Positions 54,346-63,702 of a stretch of 64,000 nt of DNA are shown one piece after another. Every line of letters begins with the position of its first letter. The stretch's first letter is position 1. The position numbers and the translations under genes were made by a program. The notes beneath the pieces are model-generated. The model did no database searches. It worked only from the letters and a program-made list of their open reading frames with translations, and was not told the origin of the DNA. Source of the stretch: Candidatus Hopanoidivorans cymbastelae (GTDB taxonomy: Bacteria; Actinomycetota; Acidimicrobiia; Acidimicrobiales; Hopanoidiivorantaceae); contig JAPYNY010000053.1 in the NCBI GenBank assembly GCA_028283145.1, positions 6,175 to 70,174 of the forward strand, written 5' to 3'.

Positions 54346-55308
54346 ATGAGCCAGTTGAGCACATTCATCGGCAAGCGCTTGCTGTGGTTGACCAGCATTG
54401 TCGTAGTTGTTACCTTCATCACCTTCTGGCTGCTCAACCTTTTGCCCGGAGACCCATGCACCTTGTCTTCGGGGTCGGGCGCCACCGAAGAGAATCTAGC
54501 CAGATGCCGTGATAATCTGAAGCTGGGCAGCAATCTTTTTGTGCGCTATTTTGACTGGCTGACTGACTGCCTAACCGGCGATTTCGGCGAGTCCTACCGC
54601 AACGGCATTGAGGTCTCCACCATCCTCGCACAAAAACTCCCCGCTACATCATGGCTGATTCTTTACACCATGGTGCTTACTCTGCTGATCTCCATTCCGC
54701 TGGGAACCATCGCCGCCTATCGGCGCAATTCCTGGGTGGACTCGACCATTTCCACCACTTCTTTTGGCATGTTGTCCATTCCGGCTTTTGTGCTTGGCTC
54801 AATCATGGTGCTGGTGTTCAGCGTGCAATTCAAGTGGTTCCCGCTGGGCGGATACGTCGGCCCCACCGAAAATCTCATAGAGCACTGGAAGTCGCTTTTT
54901 CTGCCGGCTCTGACGCTGGCTTTGGGGTCGGCGCCCATTTACGTGCAGCTCCTGCGGGCCGACATGGTAGAAAATTTGGAAGAGAACTTCACCGCAGCTG
55001 TGCGGGCCAAGGGCCTGCCCACTCGCAAGCTCATCTTCCGACATCTGCTGCGCCCTTCCAGCTTCACTTTGGTTACACTGGCTGGAATCAACGCCGCCCA
55101 GTTGATCAACGCCACTGTGGTGGTGGAATTCATTTTTAACGTCGCCGGGGTTGGCTCGTTCCTAATCGATTCAGTTTTCGCGCAAGACTACTTGGTGGTC
55201 CAGACCATCACCGCTCTAATAGCCACCGCCTTCGTAGTGCTGAATGCCTTGGTGGACGCCATCTATCTTGTCTTGGATCCTAGGGTGCGCACCAGGAAAC
55301 TCACCTAG
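54346..55308 (+). CDS. ABC permease (DppB/OppB-like)
   Basis: 'LPGDP' N-terminal motif and a six-TM layout; the EAA-loop region is recognisable. Confidence 0.9.
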   Translation: MSQLSTFIGKRLLWLTSIVVVVTFITFWLLNLLPGDPCTLSSGSGATEENLARCRDNLKLGSNLFVRYFDWLTDCLTGDFGESYRNGIEVSTILAQKLPATSWLILYTMVLTLLISIPLGTIAAYRRNSWVDSTISTTSFGMLSIPAFVLGSIMVLVFSVQFKWFPLGGYVGPTENLIEHWKSLFLPALTLALGSAPIYVQLLRADMVENLEENFTAAVRAKGLPTRKLIFRHLLRPSSFTLVTLAGINAAQLINATVVVEFIFNVAGVGSFLIDSVFAQDYLVVQTITALIATAFVVLNALVDAIYLVLDPRVRTRKLT

Positions 55309-55331
55309 TCCACACCGCACCCCGACATCGC

Positions 55332-56162
55332 ATGAAGCCCCACAACCCCAATCGCATCCGCCCGACACTTCTGGTGGGGCTAATTCTGGCAGGCATCTGG
55401 CTGGCCGTGATCATTGTTTTTGCTGTTTTTGCCCCGATCATGGGATTTTTGCCCGACCCTGGAAGATTTTCACTCAACGTAAACCAAGGCCCCAGCTGGG
55501 GTGCCTGGTTTGGCACTGACGAAATCGGGCGAGACTTGTTTGCCAGAGTTGTCTGGGGCAGCCGGTTGTCGCTGCTGATCGCCCTCATCTCAACAGCTTT
55601 TGGAACCATAGTCGGAGGCTTTCTGGGACTGCTTGCCGGCTATTTCAAAGGCTGGATTGATGATTTCATCAGTGGCACCGTCAACATCATGCTGTCTCTG
55701 CCAGCACTGATCTTTGCTCTGCTGTTGGTTACCATATTGGAGCAAAATCTGCGCAACGTAACCATAGCCGTGTCATTGCTGTCCACCCCGGCGGTAGCTC
55801 GCATCGTCAGAGCCCAAACTTTGCGCATAGCCAGCCGGGGCTATGTGGAAGTCGCCCAAAGCATTGGCGCCACCCGCCTGCGCATCATCTTCCGGGAAAT
55901 CCTGCCCAACATACTGCCGGTGGTGCTGTCGCTCTGCTTCATCGCTTTTGGCATTGTAATAGTGGCCGAGGGTTCGCTCAGTTTCATCGGCAAAAGCGTC
56001 CCGTCTCCCAGCATTACATGGGGTAGTTTGCTGGCATCGGGCAGAGGCAAGCTGGAAGACGCCCCTCACCTGACCATCTACCCCGCTTTGATCATTTTTC
56101 TAACGCTGCTGTCGGTCAACTATGCAGGCAATGTGCTGCTCAACAGAGCCAGCCGAAATTAG
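55332..56162 (+). CDS. ABC permease (DppC/OppC-like)
   Basis: 'GTDEIGRDLFARVVWGSR' is the typical DppC N-terminal block. Confidence 0.9.
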   Translation: MKPHNPNRIRPTLLVGLILAGIWLAVIIVFAVFAPIMGFLPDPGRFSLNVNQGPSWGAWFGTDEIGRDLFARVVWGSRLSLLIALISTAFGTIVGGFLGLLAGYFKGWIDDFISGTVNIMLSLPALIFALLLVTILEQNLRNVTIAVSLLSTPAVARIVRAQTLRIASRGYVEVAQSIGATRLRIIFREILPNILPVVLSLCFIAFGIVIVAEGSLSFIGKSVPSPSITWGSLLASGRGKLEDAPHLTIYPALIIFLTLLSVNYAGNVLLNRASRN

Positions 56163-56296
56163 CCCACAGCCAAGACCCCACAGCCGGCACCAGCCCACCA
56201 CCGACCAACAAGACCAGCCCATCAAACTGACAAAACCAGCCAAGCTTGGCAAACTAGAAATACAGCCCTGCCACTGAACCTACACCATCTGCTCCC

Positions 56297-57346
56297 ATGA
56301 CGGCTCTTCAAACAACCCCCTCGCAACCCGCCGACTCAGGCGACCTGGCTGCAACCGACCATCCAGCTTCGCCAGCTCACCCGCCAGCTCACACAGCCAA
56401 GGCAAACCACACCCATTTCGCCCCCCAAGATCGCATGGCAGCCACCTCAGGCACCTTGGCGATGTCGGGCATTGACGCTTTGTTGCGCATTCTGGTTGAC
56501 CAGCGCCTGGCCGACATCGCAAATGGGCTTTCTACCGCGGCTTTGATTTGCGGCTACCGAGGCTCACCGCTGGGGGGCGTGGATTCGCAATACAGCCGCT
56601 ATCAGGATATCTTCGCTGAACGAGACATCCGCTTTGTCAACGGCGTCAACGAAGAGCTGGCAGCCACCGTCATCTGGGGAAGCCAGCTTTCTTCCAACAT
56701 GCATGGCGCCTTGTTTGACGGAGTCATGGGCATGTGGTATGGCAAAGCTCCTGGCGTTGATCGCGCTAGCGATGCCTTTCGCCACGCCAACATGTCAGGC
56801 TCAGCCAAACACGGCGGCGTGCTCTGTGTGGCCGGAGACGACCCGGCCTGCAAATCTTCCACCCTGCCTTCCGCCAGTGAAGCTCTCTTGTCGCAAACTC
56901 CCATGCCGGTGCTTTATCCAGGCTCCGTCCAAGAAGTGCTGGACCTGGGACGCTGGGGTTATGAGTTGTCCCGAGCTTGTGGGCTGTGGGTGGGCTTCAA
57001 GATAGTAACTGACATCGCTGATGCCTATGCCACTATTGAGGTGGGACCCGACAGAGTGAATCCCGTGGCTGGCTCAGACGTTTTCACCGCCGACGGCAGA
57101 CCGTGGCGCCCCGAGCAAAACCAGCAACTTCTTCCGCCTTGGGTGCTAGACATTGAACGCGACCTGCGGGAGAATCGGCTGGCTGAAGCCCTGGCTTTCA
57201 GCAGGCGCAATGGTCTGACCATGATACGGGGAGCAGGAATTATCCATCCAACTATGAACGGTGTGGTCGCCCAACTACGGCTACATAGAAGCCGACCAAG
57301 TGATCAGTGTCATTGCCGATTTGCTGGTGTCGCGGCTGGGGACTGA
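56297..57346 (+). CDS. Indolepyruvate:ferredoxin oxidoreductase-family protein, N-terminal portion (the frame ends in a non-homologous tail)
   Basis: 'GYRGSPLGGVD', 'NEELAATVIWGSQ' and 'GMWYGKAPGVDRASDAFRHAN'. Similarity is lost after about 57230. Confidence 0.7.
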   Translation: MTALQTTPSQPADSGDLAATDHPASPAHPPAHTAKANHTHFAPQDRMAATSGTLAMSGIDALLRILVDQRLADIANGLSTAALICGYRGSPLGGVDSQYSRYQDIFAERDIRFVNGVNEELAATVIWGSQLSSNMHGALFDGVMGMWYGKAPGVDRASDAFRHANMSGSAKHGGVLCVAGDDPACKSSTLPSASEALLSQTPMPVLYPGSVQEVLDLGRWGYELSRACGLWVGFKIVTDIADAYATIEVGPDRVNPVAGSDVFTADGRPWRPEQNQQLLPPWVLDIERDLRENRLAEALAFSRRNGLTMIRGAGIIHPTMNGVVAQLRLHRSRPSDQCHCRFAGVAAGD

Positions 57347-59960
57347 AGTCTTGGAAACTTTTCCCAGAAACTATGTCTCACGCAACCTGTTTCGCACCCG
57401 AATCCCAGTCAAAGGCGCTGATGAGCACTTCACCAGCGAGAGCCACGGAAGTCCTCTGCCGGTGCGAACCCCGTTTTATTGCAGCGGCTGCCCGCACAAT
57501 CGCTCCAATGTAACACCCGAGGGTTCCATCACGCTGGGGGGCATTGGCTGCCACAGCATGTCGCTGTTCATACCCACCCGCCAAGTTGAGGGCTTGACCC
57601 AAATGGGCGGCGAGGGTGGCACTTGGGTGGGTGCTGCTTCCTTTGTCTCAGACGAGCACCGCTTTCAAAATCTGGGAGATGGAACTCTGTTTCATTCGGG
57701 TTCTTTGGCCATCCGTCAAGCCGTGGCTTCAGGCGTGAATATCACCTTCAAAATTCTCTATAACAGTGTCGTGGCCATGACGGGCGGGCAGAGCGCAGCT
57801 GGTGAAACTTCGGTGCCCGACTTGACCATGCTGCTAGCCGCTGAAGGTGTGCGGCGCACGGTGGTAGTGGCTGACGACATTGAAAAATATCCTGCCAACA
57901 CCGTCTGGGCTGCCAATGTAGAGTTGCGCCCCCGTGTGGATATAGAAGAAGTCCAGCGGGAGTTGCGTGAAGTGCCAGGCACCACGGCTCTGATTTATGA
58001 CCAAGCCTGTGCCGCCGACCTGCGCAAGAAACGGCGACGGCGTCAGGTTGAGGCTCCCAAATTCAGGGTGGTCATCAACGAGCGGGTTTGTGAGGGCTGC
58101 GGGGATTGCGCCAGAGTCTCCAACTGCCTGAGCGTGTTTCCAGTGGAAACTGCCTTTGGCGAAAAGACCCGCATCCACCAAGAGTCATGCAATCAGGATT
58201 TCACCTGCATGGAAGGCAACTGCCCGTCTTTTGTAAAGGTGAAAGTTTCCCCCTCCAAGCAGCGTCGTTCCATGAGCCGCAACAATCGCCAAAGCGAAAA
58301 CAAGGAAGACAGCGGCGACAAGAATCCCGGCAAGAACCCCATCAGCAAAACCTGGCAACTGCTGAGCCGGGGCGACCATCACCTGAGAACTATGGGCGAG
58401 CGCAGCAAAACTGCCGAGAAGATATTTGCCGAAGCCACCGAGAAGCCTTTGCCTGAACCCAGCCATCCCCCAGCTCAGGCCGAGTTGCTGCTAGCAGGCA
58501 TAGGCGGCACCGGGGTTGTGACGGTCAGTCAAATTCTGGGAACTGCGGCCATGCTTGACAATAAGCACTGCCTAGGGCTTGACCAGACAGGGCTGAGCCA
58601 AAAGGGCGGTCAGGTCATTTCAAATTTGAAAATAACTTTGGAGCCACAAGCCGCCTCCAACCGGGTCGGCACTGGACAAGCCGATACCCTGCTGCTGTTT
58701 GACCAGTTGGCGGCAGCCGACGATGTGGTGCTGAACAGAGCTTCCGCGGCGCGCACGGTGGCGTCAATCTCCACTTCGGTGTTGCCCTCCGGTGAGATGA
58801 TCACCAACCCCAATGTTGATTTTCCGCAGGCACAGCAACTGCACGACCGCATCGCCAGCCGCACGGTGGCCAGTAAAAACTGCTGGGTGGATGCTGAAAG
58901 TCTCTCCCGCCTGCTGTTCAAGTCTCAACCGCCGGCAAATGTGGTGGTCGTAGGAGCGGCTTACCAGAGCGGGCAGCTGCCGGTCAGCGCAAAATCCATT
59001 GAAGAGGCCATTGAGATCAACGGCGTGGCAGCCCAAGTCAATATAGCAGCTTTCAGGTTGGGCCGAGCACTGATAGTCGACCCAAGTCTGCAAGACAAGC
59101 TGCTAGCAGTGGTCGGCTCAGAGACGTCTGGCTCCGGCAAAGCCAAGCCGCGTCGCGCCAGCACGCGCCGTGCCAACCCGCAGATTTCTGTTCTGATTGA
59201 TGAGATTGTGGGAGAGTCGTCTGCCTCCCCCACCTTGTTTGAGGCTGCTCAGGCAGCAGCGACTGCGGCGCGACTCACCCACACAGACCTTGCTGCCCTC
59301 AGGGATGTTCTGGAACTCAGGGCACAGGATTTGGTGGCTTACCAGAGCAAGAAGTATGCCCAACGCTACTTGTCTGTGGTCGCCATGATTCGAGAGCGAG
59401 AGCAAGAAGTCATTGGGCAAAACGCAACCTTGAGCGTGGCTGTGGCCAAAAATCTCTACAAGCTAATGGCCTACAAAGACGAATACGAAGTTGCTCGCCT
59501 GCATTTGCTGCCTGAAACTAGCAGCTACATCAAAGACGACTTTTCCAGCAAGGCAAAAATGTCTTACTTGCTTCAGCCGCCAGTTTTTACCAAACTTGGC
59601 CTGTCTTCCAAAATCTCAATCCCGCACTGGCTGGGGTCTGGGCTGTTCAGAATCCTGAGGCCTATGCGAAAGCTCAGGGGCACTTTCCTGGATATTTTCG
59701 GCTACACCAGCGAGCGGCGCCTAGAGCGAAAACTCATTTTGGACTACATTGACATCATAAATGAGCTCTCAGCCCAACTTACCGAAGAAAACTACAGCTT
59801 GATAGTTGAAATAGCTGAGTTGGCTGACATAATTCGCGGCTATGACACAGTGAAGCTGGCCAGTGTTGAGAAGTATCTAAGCGAACTGACAGTCAAGCTG
59901 ACAGAGTTACTGGAAACTCATGCTGAGTCAGACCAAGAAATGCTGGTTGCGCAAGTTTGA
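57261..59960 (+). CDS. Indolepyruvate:ferredoxin oxidoreductase-family protein, remaining portion in another frame
   Basis: 'FYCSGCPHNRS', 'GIGCHSM', 'QNLGDGTLFHSG', ferredoxin-like 'CEGCGDCARVSNC', 'LLAGIGGTGVVT', and a C-terminal DUF-like tail. Confidence 0.8.
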   Translation: MWSPNYGYIEADQVISVIADLLVSRLGTEVLETFPRNYVSRNLFRTRIPVKGADEHFTSESHGSPLPVRTPFYCSGCPHNRSNVTPEGSITLGGIGCHSMSLFIPTRQVEGLTQMGGEGGTWVGAASFVSDEHRFQNLGDGTLFHSGSLAIRQAVASGVNITFKILYNSVVAMTGGQSAAGETSVPDLTMLLAAEGVRRTVVVADDIEKYPANTVWAANVELRPRVDIEEVQRELREVPGTTALIYDQACAADLRKKRRRRQVEAPKFRVVINERVCEGCGDCARVSNCLSVFPVETAFGEKTRIHQESCNQDFTCMEGNCPSFVKVKVSPSKQRRSMSRNNRQSENKEDSGDKNPGKNPISKTWQLLSRGDHHLRTMGERSKTAEKIFAEATEKPLPEPSHPPAQAELLLAGIGGTGVVTVSQILGTAAMLDNKHCLGLDQTGLSQKGGQVISNLKITLEPQAASNRVGTGQADTLLLFDQLAAADDVVLNRASAARTVASISTSVLPSGEMITNPNVDFPQAQQLHDRIASRTVASKNCWVDAESLSRLLFKSQPPANVVVVGAAYQSGQLPVSAKSIEEAIEINGVAAQVNIAAFRLGRALIVDPSLQDKLLAVVGSETSGSGKAKPRRASTRRANPQISVLIDEIVGESSASPTLFEAAQAAATAARLTHTDLAALRDVLELRAQDLVAYQSKKYAQRYLSVVAMIREREQEVIGQNATLSVAVAKNLYKLMAYKDEYEVARLHLLPETSSYIKDDFSSKAKMSYLLQPPVFTKLGLSSKISIPHWLGSGLFRILRPMRKLRGTFLDIFGYTSERRLERKLILDYIDIINELSAQLTEENYSLIVEIAELADIIRGYDTVKLASVEKYLSELTVKLTELLETHAESDQEMLVAQV

Positions 59961-60000
59961 GCCAGAAATTGCACAGGCCTAAGACGAAGATCGGCAAGCC

Positions 60001-60122
<122 letters not shown>

Positions 60123-60276
60123 ACGACTGAATTTGATTATAGCAGCAACCCGCAGAAACACAACTTCAGTTTGAAGAGTTTGACTCCTGTCCTGAATTCC
60201 CAATTGCCGCTTCTGGCATATACATTATTAACATTATTCATTAGCATCTACTCCCACCTCCGAACCGATTCAGCCA

Positions 60277-61989
60277 GTGCCCTACCAATCAGCAGATCCC
60301 CAGCAAAGCACTGCTGAAGAGTCAACAACCATCGGGCCACCTCCAGCCAGCGACGGGAGCGATACACCCGACAGCGCGCACAACCTGCCCATAACCACAC
60401 CCGACAGCGCGCGCGACATCCCCATCTCCGCGCCCATTAATGTTTTTGATTTGATGGCATTTGGAGTTCGCATGATGCTGGGGGCAGGTTTATTTGCGGC
60501 TTTGGGCATAGCAACCAGCGAGGCTGGAACGTGGGTGGTGCTGAGTTGGATTATCGCAGCTATTGTGGCTGCTTGCTGTGCCACTTCTTCTGTCCGCCTA
60601 GCTACTAGCCGGCAGGGAAACTTCCCTGAAGTGAAAATAACCAACCACCCATTCCTAGGGCATTTGGCCCGCTGGGCTGGCATCTGTGGCAAGGTTGCTG
60701 CCAGCGGAGTTTTAATTCTCGTAATTCAGCAACATCTCTTTCCCGATAGCGATGCCTGGCTGGCTGCCGTGATTGCTGGCGGTGTATTAGGTGCTCATCT
60801 GCTCACCACAACCAACTTGCCGAATCTGTTCATTACAGATGAAAACGACCCAGCCAGGCCGGTGGTCAACCTAGAAGACAACAAGCTTGCCGACGCAGAC
60901 CAGTCTTTCTCCCAAACTTCTGGCACTCACACCCAAGCTGCTAACACTCACCTGCAAGCTCCCGATGCGCCGAGTCCACGACTTCACAACACACCGGGGC
61001 CCCGACCTGCCGACATACCAAGCATAGTATTCAACCGCTTTTTGGTGGGGTTTGTTTTGCTCGTTCTGACTTTCGTGTTTTTTGCAGCCGCCGCCAGTCG
61101 CCAAGCCGACCTTTCCAATCTTTCTGACGGCTCTTCAATCAGTTGGAGCATTGTTCCGGCTGCCGGACTGCTGTTTTTGACCTTCGGGGGCTACTCCTGG
61201 GCTGCTGAATCAAGCTGGCGTGCTAAATCTTCAAGGCAAATTATGTGGGCCACGGCTGGCACGCTTTTACTGGCGTCAATAACCGCGATCACAATATCTT
61301 TGGCTTTGCTGGCAAGCGCCCCGGCAACCACGCTAGCCAGCAGCAACAGTCCATTTGTGACAGCAGCCGACATTGGAGGTTTCAACCGCCTGAGCGGATT
61401 GATCCGCTTGACAGTTGCGGTAGCTTGCCTAGGGGTATTGATGCCATTGCTGAAATCTATTCGCCGAGATTTAAAGCAGTTTTCAACTCTGGCGCACCAT
61501 AAAACCAGCCCGACTAGCAAAACAGTATCAAAAGTCGGACTAGGTTTGATGGCCGTCAGCCAAATCAGTTTGGTGCTGTTCGTCGGAACTCGCACGCTGC
61601 TGACATTTGCTGTGTTTTGTCTGCTGGTCGTGGGGGCTACCGAATGTGTCCGAGCTCTGGGTCTGCCCCAAAAACCCTACAAACCCCCCAAGCCAGACAC
61701 CCTGGAAAACCGCCTCCGAAACTACAACCAGCTTCCTCCAAGAACACCCACCAAGCGCCAGCAAGCCCGACTGGAGGCTCGGCTGAACAGACCTTACAAC
61801 AAGTCCCAGAAAAATGCTGAGGTTGTCGTTCGGATAGCTGCTGTGGCGGGCGCGGCGGGTTGCCTGCTTTTGGCGTTCAGCCTGCCTTTGACAAATGTGC
61901 TGATAGCTTCTGGTGTGCTGGCAGCGGGAACCATCTTCGCTTGGACATATAAAGCCCTGAAACCACATTTCTCAAATCCGCAAACCTAG
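60277..61989 (+). CDS. Multi-pass membrane protein; the N-terminal helices resemble APC-type amino-acid permeases and the rest is divergent
   Basis: GTG start. 'FDLMAFGVRMMLGAGLFAALGIATSEAGTWVVLSWIIAAIVAA' is APC-like, and at least 8 further hydrophobic segments follow with long loops. Confidence 0.5.
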   Translation: MPYQSADPQQSTAEESTTIGPPPASDGSDTPDSAHNLPITTPDSARDIPISAPINVFDLMAFGVRMMLGAGLFAALGIATSEAGTWVVLSWIIAAIVAACCATSSVRLATSRQGNFPEVKITNHPFLGHLARWAGICGKVAASGVLILVIQQHLFPDSDAWLAAVIAGGVLGAHLLTTTNLPNLFITDENDPARPVVNLEDNKLADADQSFSQTSGTHTQAANTHLQAPDAPSPRLHNTPGPRPADIPSIVFNRFLVGFVLLVLTFVFFAAAASRQADLSNLSDGSSISWSIVPAAGLLFLTFGGYSWAAESSWRAKSSRQIMWATAGTLLLASITAITISLALLASAPATTLASSNSPFVTAADIGGFNRLSGLIRLTVAVACLGVLMPLLKSIRRDLKQFSTLAHHKTSPTSKTVSKVGLGLMAVSQISLVLFVGTRTLLTFAVFCLLVVGATECVRALGLPQKPYKPPKPDTLENRLRNYNQLPPRTPTKRQQARLEARLNRPYNKSQKNAEVVVRIAAVAGAAGCLLLAFSLPLTNVLIASGVLAAGTIFAWTYKALKPHFSNPQT

Positions 61990-62071
61990 ATTTGAATTAA
62001 ACAGACCGCATTAAGCAGGGCGAACCAAGGCAAAACATAAACAGCAAAACACAGGCACGGGCGAACAACCG

Positions 62072-63364
62072 ATGACAGACACAGCAACCGAACTTCAAAC
62101 CTCCATGGCGGGCGCAACCATCACTGGCTCTGCCAGAGCAGAAGCTTTCTACGTAAGAGTTTCGGGCTTTGATCGCCCAGGCACCCTTAGCGGGCTGCTG
62201 GGAATTCTGGGTTCGTGCAACGCCAAAATCAGCGACATTGAGCAAATCACCATCCGGCACCGCCTGATATTAGGCCTGATCGTGGAGTTGCCCGCCGACA
62301 GCGAGTGCGATATCCGCCACGATATTTTCAAGGAGTTGCTCTTTTTCGCTTGGGAAAACGGAATGCAAATTGAATTTGAGGTGGTTGACACCAAACATTC
62401 CAAGCAAAAGCCAACTTATGCCGTTACCCTGCTTGGCGCACAGCTCACTGCCAAGGATTTGCAGGCGGCAACGGCAGTCATCTCCGACTGGGGCGGCAAC
62501 ATCAGCCGGGTTGTGCGCCTGTCGCGCTACCCCGTTTTCAGCTACGAGCTGCATGTGCAGGGCGGAGACCTTCAAAACATGCGCAAACACCTCCTAGCCA
62601 CAGCCGCATCCCACCCCAACTTGGATGTTGCCTTTCAGGTTGAAGGCATTATTCGCCGGGCCAAACGCCTCATGGCAATGGATATGGACTCCACGCTCAT
62701 CCAAGACGAAGTGATAGACCTGCTGGCTGCAGAAGCCGGCTGCCTGGACGAAGTCTCAGCCATCACAGCTAGCACTTTGGAAGGCGAAATGGATTTTGCT
62801 GAGTCTCTGCGCCAAAGAGTTGCCCGACTTGAGGATCTGGAACAAGAAGCGTTAGACAGGGTCTGGCAAAGGCTGCGCTTGGCGGCTGGGGCTAAAACTT
62901 TCTTGCGTGTGCTTAGGCGCTTGGGATATCAGACTGCCATCGTGAGCGGTGGTTTCACGTTTTTTGCCGAGAAGCTGGCTAAGCAGTTGAAAATCAACCA
63001 CATCTATGCCAATCAGCTTGAGATTGTGGGCGGACGACTGACTGGAAAAGTCTTGGAGCCGATTGTAGATCGGGAAGGCAAAGCCACTTTTTTGACTGAG
63101 TTGGCGCAACGAGAAGCCATTCCAATTCCGCAAACTGTGGCCATCGGCGACGGGGCCAACGACCTGGATATGTTGGAAGCGGCTGGGCTGGGCATAGCCT
63201 TTTGCGCCAAGACAGCGGTTCAGCGAGCTGCCGACACTAGTTTGAATGTGCCGTTTTTAGATGCCGTTTTGTTCATCCTCGGAGTGAGTCGAGAAGAAAT
63301 TGAAGCCGCCGATGCAAAAGACGGCATTATGAACAACCGGCATCCGATACCTTCCATCAATTAG
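62072..63364 (+). CDS. serB: Phosphoserine phosphatase with N-terminal ACT-type domains
   Basis: HAD motif I 'MDMDSTLIQDEVID', 'SGGF', and 'IGDGANDLDMLEAAGLGIAF'. Confidence 0.9.
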   Translation: MTDTATELQTSMAGATITGSARAEAFYVRVSGFDRPGTLSGLLGILGSCNAKISDIEQITIRHRLILGLIVELPADSECDIRHDIFKELLFFAWENGMQIEFEVVDTKHSKQKPTYAVTLLGAQLTAKDLQAATAVISDWGGNISRVVRLSRYPVFSYELHVQGGDLQNMRKHLLATAASHPNLDVAFQVEGIIRRAKRLMAMDMDSTLIQDEVIDLLAAEAGCLDEVSAITASTLEGEMDFAESLRQRVARLEDLEQEALDRVWQRLRLAAGAKTFLRVLRRLGYQTAIVSGGFTFFAEKLAKQLKINHIYANQLEIVGGRLTGKVLEPIVDREGKATFLTELAQREAIPIPQTVAIGDGANDLDMLEAAGLGIAFCAKTAVQRAADTSLNVPFLDAVLFILGVSREEIEAADAKDGIMNNRHPIPSIN

Positions 63365-63561
63365 GCTCCGTCGCCACCCGCGTCAGCGTCTGAGCTCCCA
63401 TCATTTGGGGCATCCGCGTAGGCTCCGCCGCCGCAGACACAGCTAGTGCGCGCTCCGTAGAACAGCCCCCACCCCCACCCCGGCTGCGACACCGGCTAGC
63501 TGCAACTCACCGCACAACCGCCATAACCAACTGCGGTACTAACTGCGGTTGAAATTTCCTC

Positions 63562-63590
63562 TTGACAAGCAGGATTTTTTGGGCAATACT
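63562..63590 (+). promoter_or_regulatory. Candidate sigma-70-type promoter: TTGACA, 17-nt spacer, AATACT
   Basis: Read directly. It lies about 110 nt upstream of the whiB-like ATG. Confidence 0.3.
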
Positions 63591-63596
63591 TAAATT

Positions 63597-63620
63597 ACAC
63601 CTATGTAATTACATGGTTGT
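63597..63620. promoter_or_regulatory. 24-bp imperfect palindrome ACACCTATGTAATTACATGGTTGT (20/24 self-complementary; perfect core TGTAATTACA); candidate operator
   Basis: Hand comparison with its reverse complement. It sits immediately downstream of the candidate -10. Confidence 0.4.
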
Positions 63621-63702
63621 TATTATGCTAAACTAATAGCTTCCTGACAAGTTGCATGGGGAAAGTCCCCTAGGCCAAAAAATCAAGAAAATGGAGGAAA
63701 TC

